From contig NC_086101.1 of assembly GCF_963921235.1 (NCBI RefSeq), forward strand, positions 30,194,001 to 30,258,000: DNA of 64,000 bases, written 5' to 3'. The translations under genes and the position numbers were made by a program. The DNA is from Mobula hypostoma. Taxonomy: Eukaryota. Below the pieces are notes generated by a model that did no database searches, was not told the DNA's origin, and worked only from the letters and a program-made list of their open reading frames with translations. Shown one piece after another: positions 63,074-64,000 of this stretch (position 1 is its first letter; each line of letters begins with the position of its first letter).

Positions 63074-64000
63074 GTAAGTCAGTAATAGAATGATGAAATC
63101 GGTTTGTTTATGTACTTTAGAACTAGCAGCAAAGGGGTACGAGGTTTGGAGCGTTTCTTTATTTTTTCAATTACCCGTGATTATATCCTACAGGAAACAT
63201 AATATATTTCTGGCCACGATATTCAGATGTATACGACTTAATACTCAATATTGTTCGGGTCGCTTCGGCATTTGATTAAAAATCTATATCAAACGTGTCA
63301 GAATAAAGCAGCATTTCTTCCTTTCCTTTCGATTTTCATCTATCAGTCTACCTTGCAAGTGAGAGGCATGCAGTCACATATTGCTATCTGATTGTATGCG
63401 GGATCGATCTTCAGCCCGACTTCAGAGCAAGTCTTTGGCAGATCTCTGAACAAGCCGTTTGAGCCGATGGCCACCTCGCTCTTTAACGATGTCTATTCAA
63501 GCATCCTCCTGAGCAGCGAGATGGGAGCATAGAGCATTTATTCAATTATAAATTCTGTCCGTATTAATGCGTGGGCTAAAAAAAACGTGTCTTTTGGTGC
63601 TAATCGAAAGTTTGTACCAGCACCATTTTGAGAGCATAAGTTGAAGCGGGAAGATTATTGAATTGTCCTGAATTTGGCTTTGACAAACTACTTGTGTCGC
63701 ATGGAGCAGCAGCCATTATTTGAATATCCAGCCCGAATCACTGAATATTCCAATGACCTACTGCATTTTACGTCACTGACAATCAAATTCACATCCATGC
63801 TTCGCAACATTGTGAACAGAGCATGTAAATTGTTTGTCTCCTACGTTCTGCTGAAGGAAAGGTGAGGGCGTCATGCCAAAGCTCTCAATTTCTACGCTTA
63901 CCCCCCCCCCCCATATTATGAAATGGAAAACTATGTCTCTTCCTATTACAATGCTATTAAATTTTCCTTTCGATTTTTGAATGCAAATTATTAAGGGATT

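Overview
Eukaryotic, repeat-dense DNA. The repeat repertoire suggests a cartilaginous fish, probably a ray (inference). It includes esterase-ORF1 CR1 LINEs, Rex1/Babar-like LINEs, Penelope-like elements (PLEs) and tRNA/V-domain SINEs. There are two compositional domains. (1) About 1-19 kb is strongly CpG-depleted. It appears to carry the 3' exons of a type I membrane protein gene (TM exon 1847-1954; candidate tail exons 10007-10060 and 11680-11749 ending in an ITIM-like INYENI) and an internally deleted Ty3/Gypsy element. (2) About 19-64 kb is AT-rich but not CpG-depleted. It holds a tandem array of GPR139/142-like class A GPCR genes with two coding exons: two intact (27944-30587, 51566-54189), two pseudogenes (19690-21251 on the minus strand, 59884-60537) and exon 1 of a fifth copy (63001-63073). 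Interspersed elements include a near-complete CR1, a tandem pair of R4/Dong-type RLE retrotransposons in an AAT-type microsatellite, a TSD-flanked LTR-like element with a 32-bp minisatellite, and a PLE family. The PLE terminal repeat carries a minimal hammerhead ribozyme motif, also found in short palindromic non-autonomous derivatives. All alignments and counts were done by eye and no database searches were run. Boundaries of degenerate repeats are approximate (about +/-50 nt).
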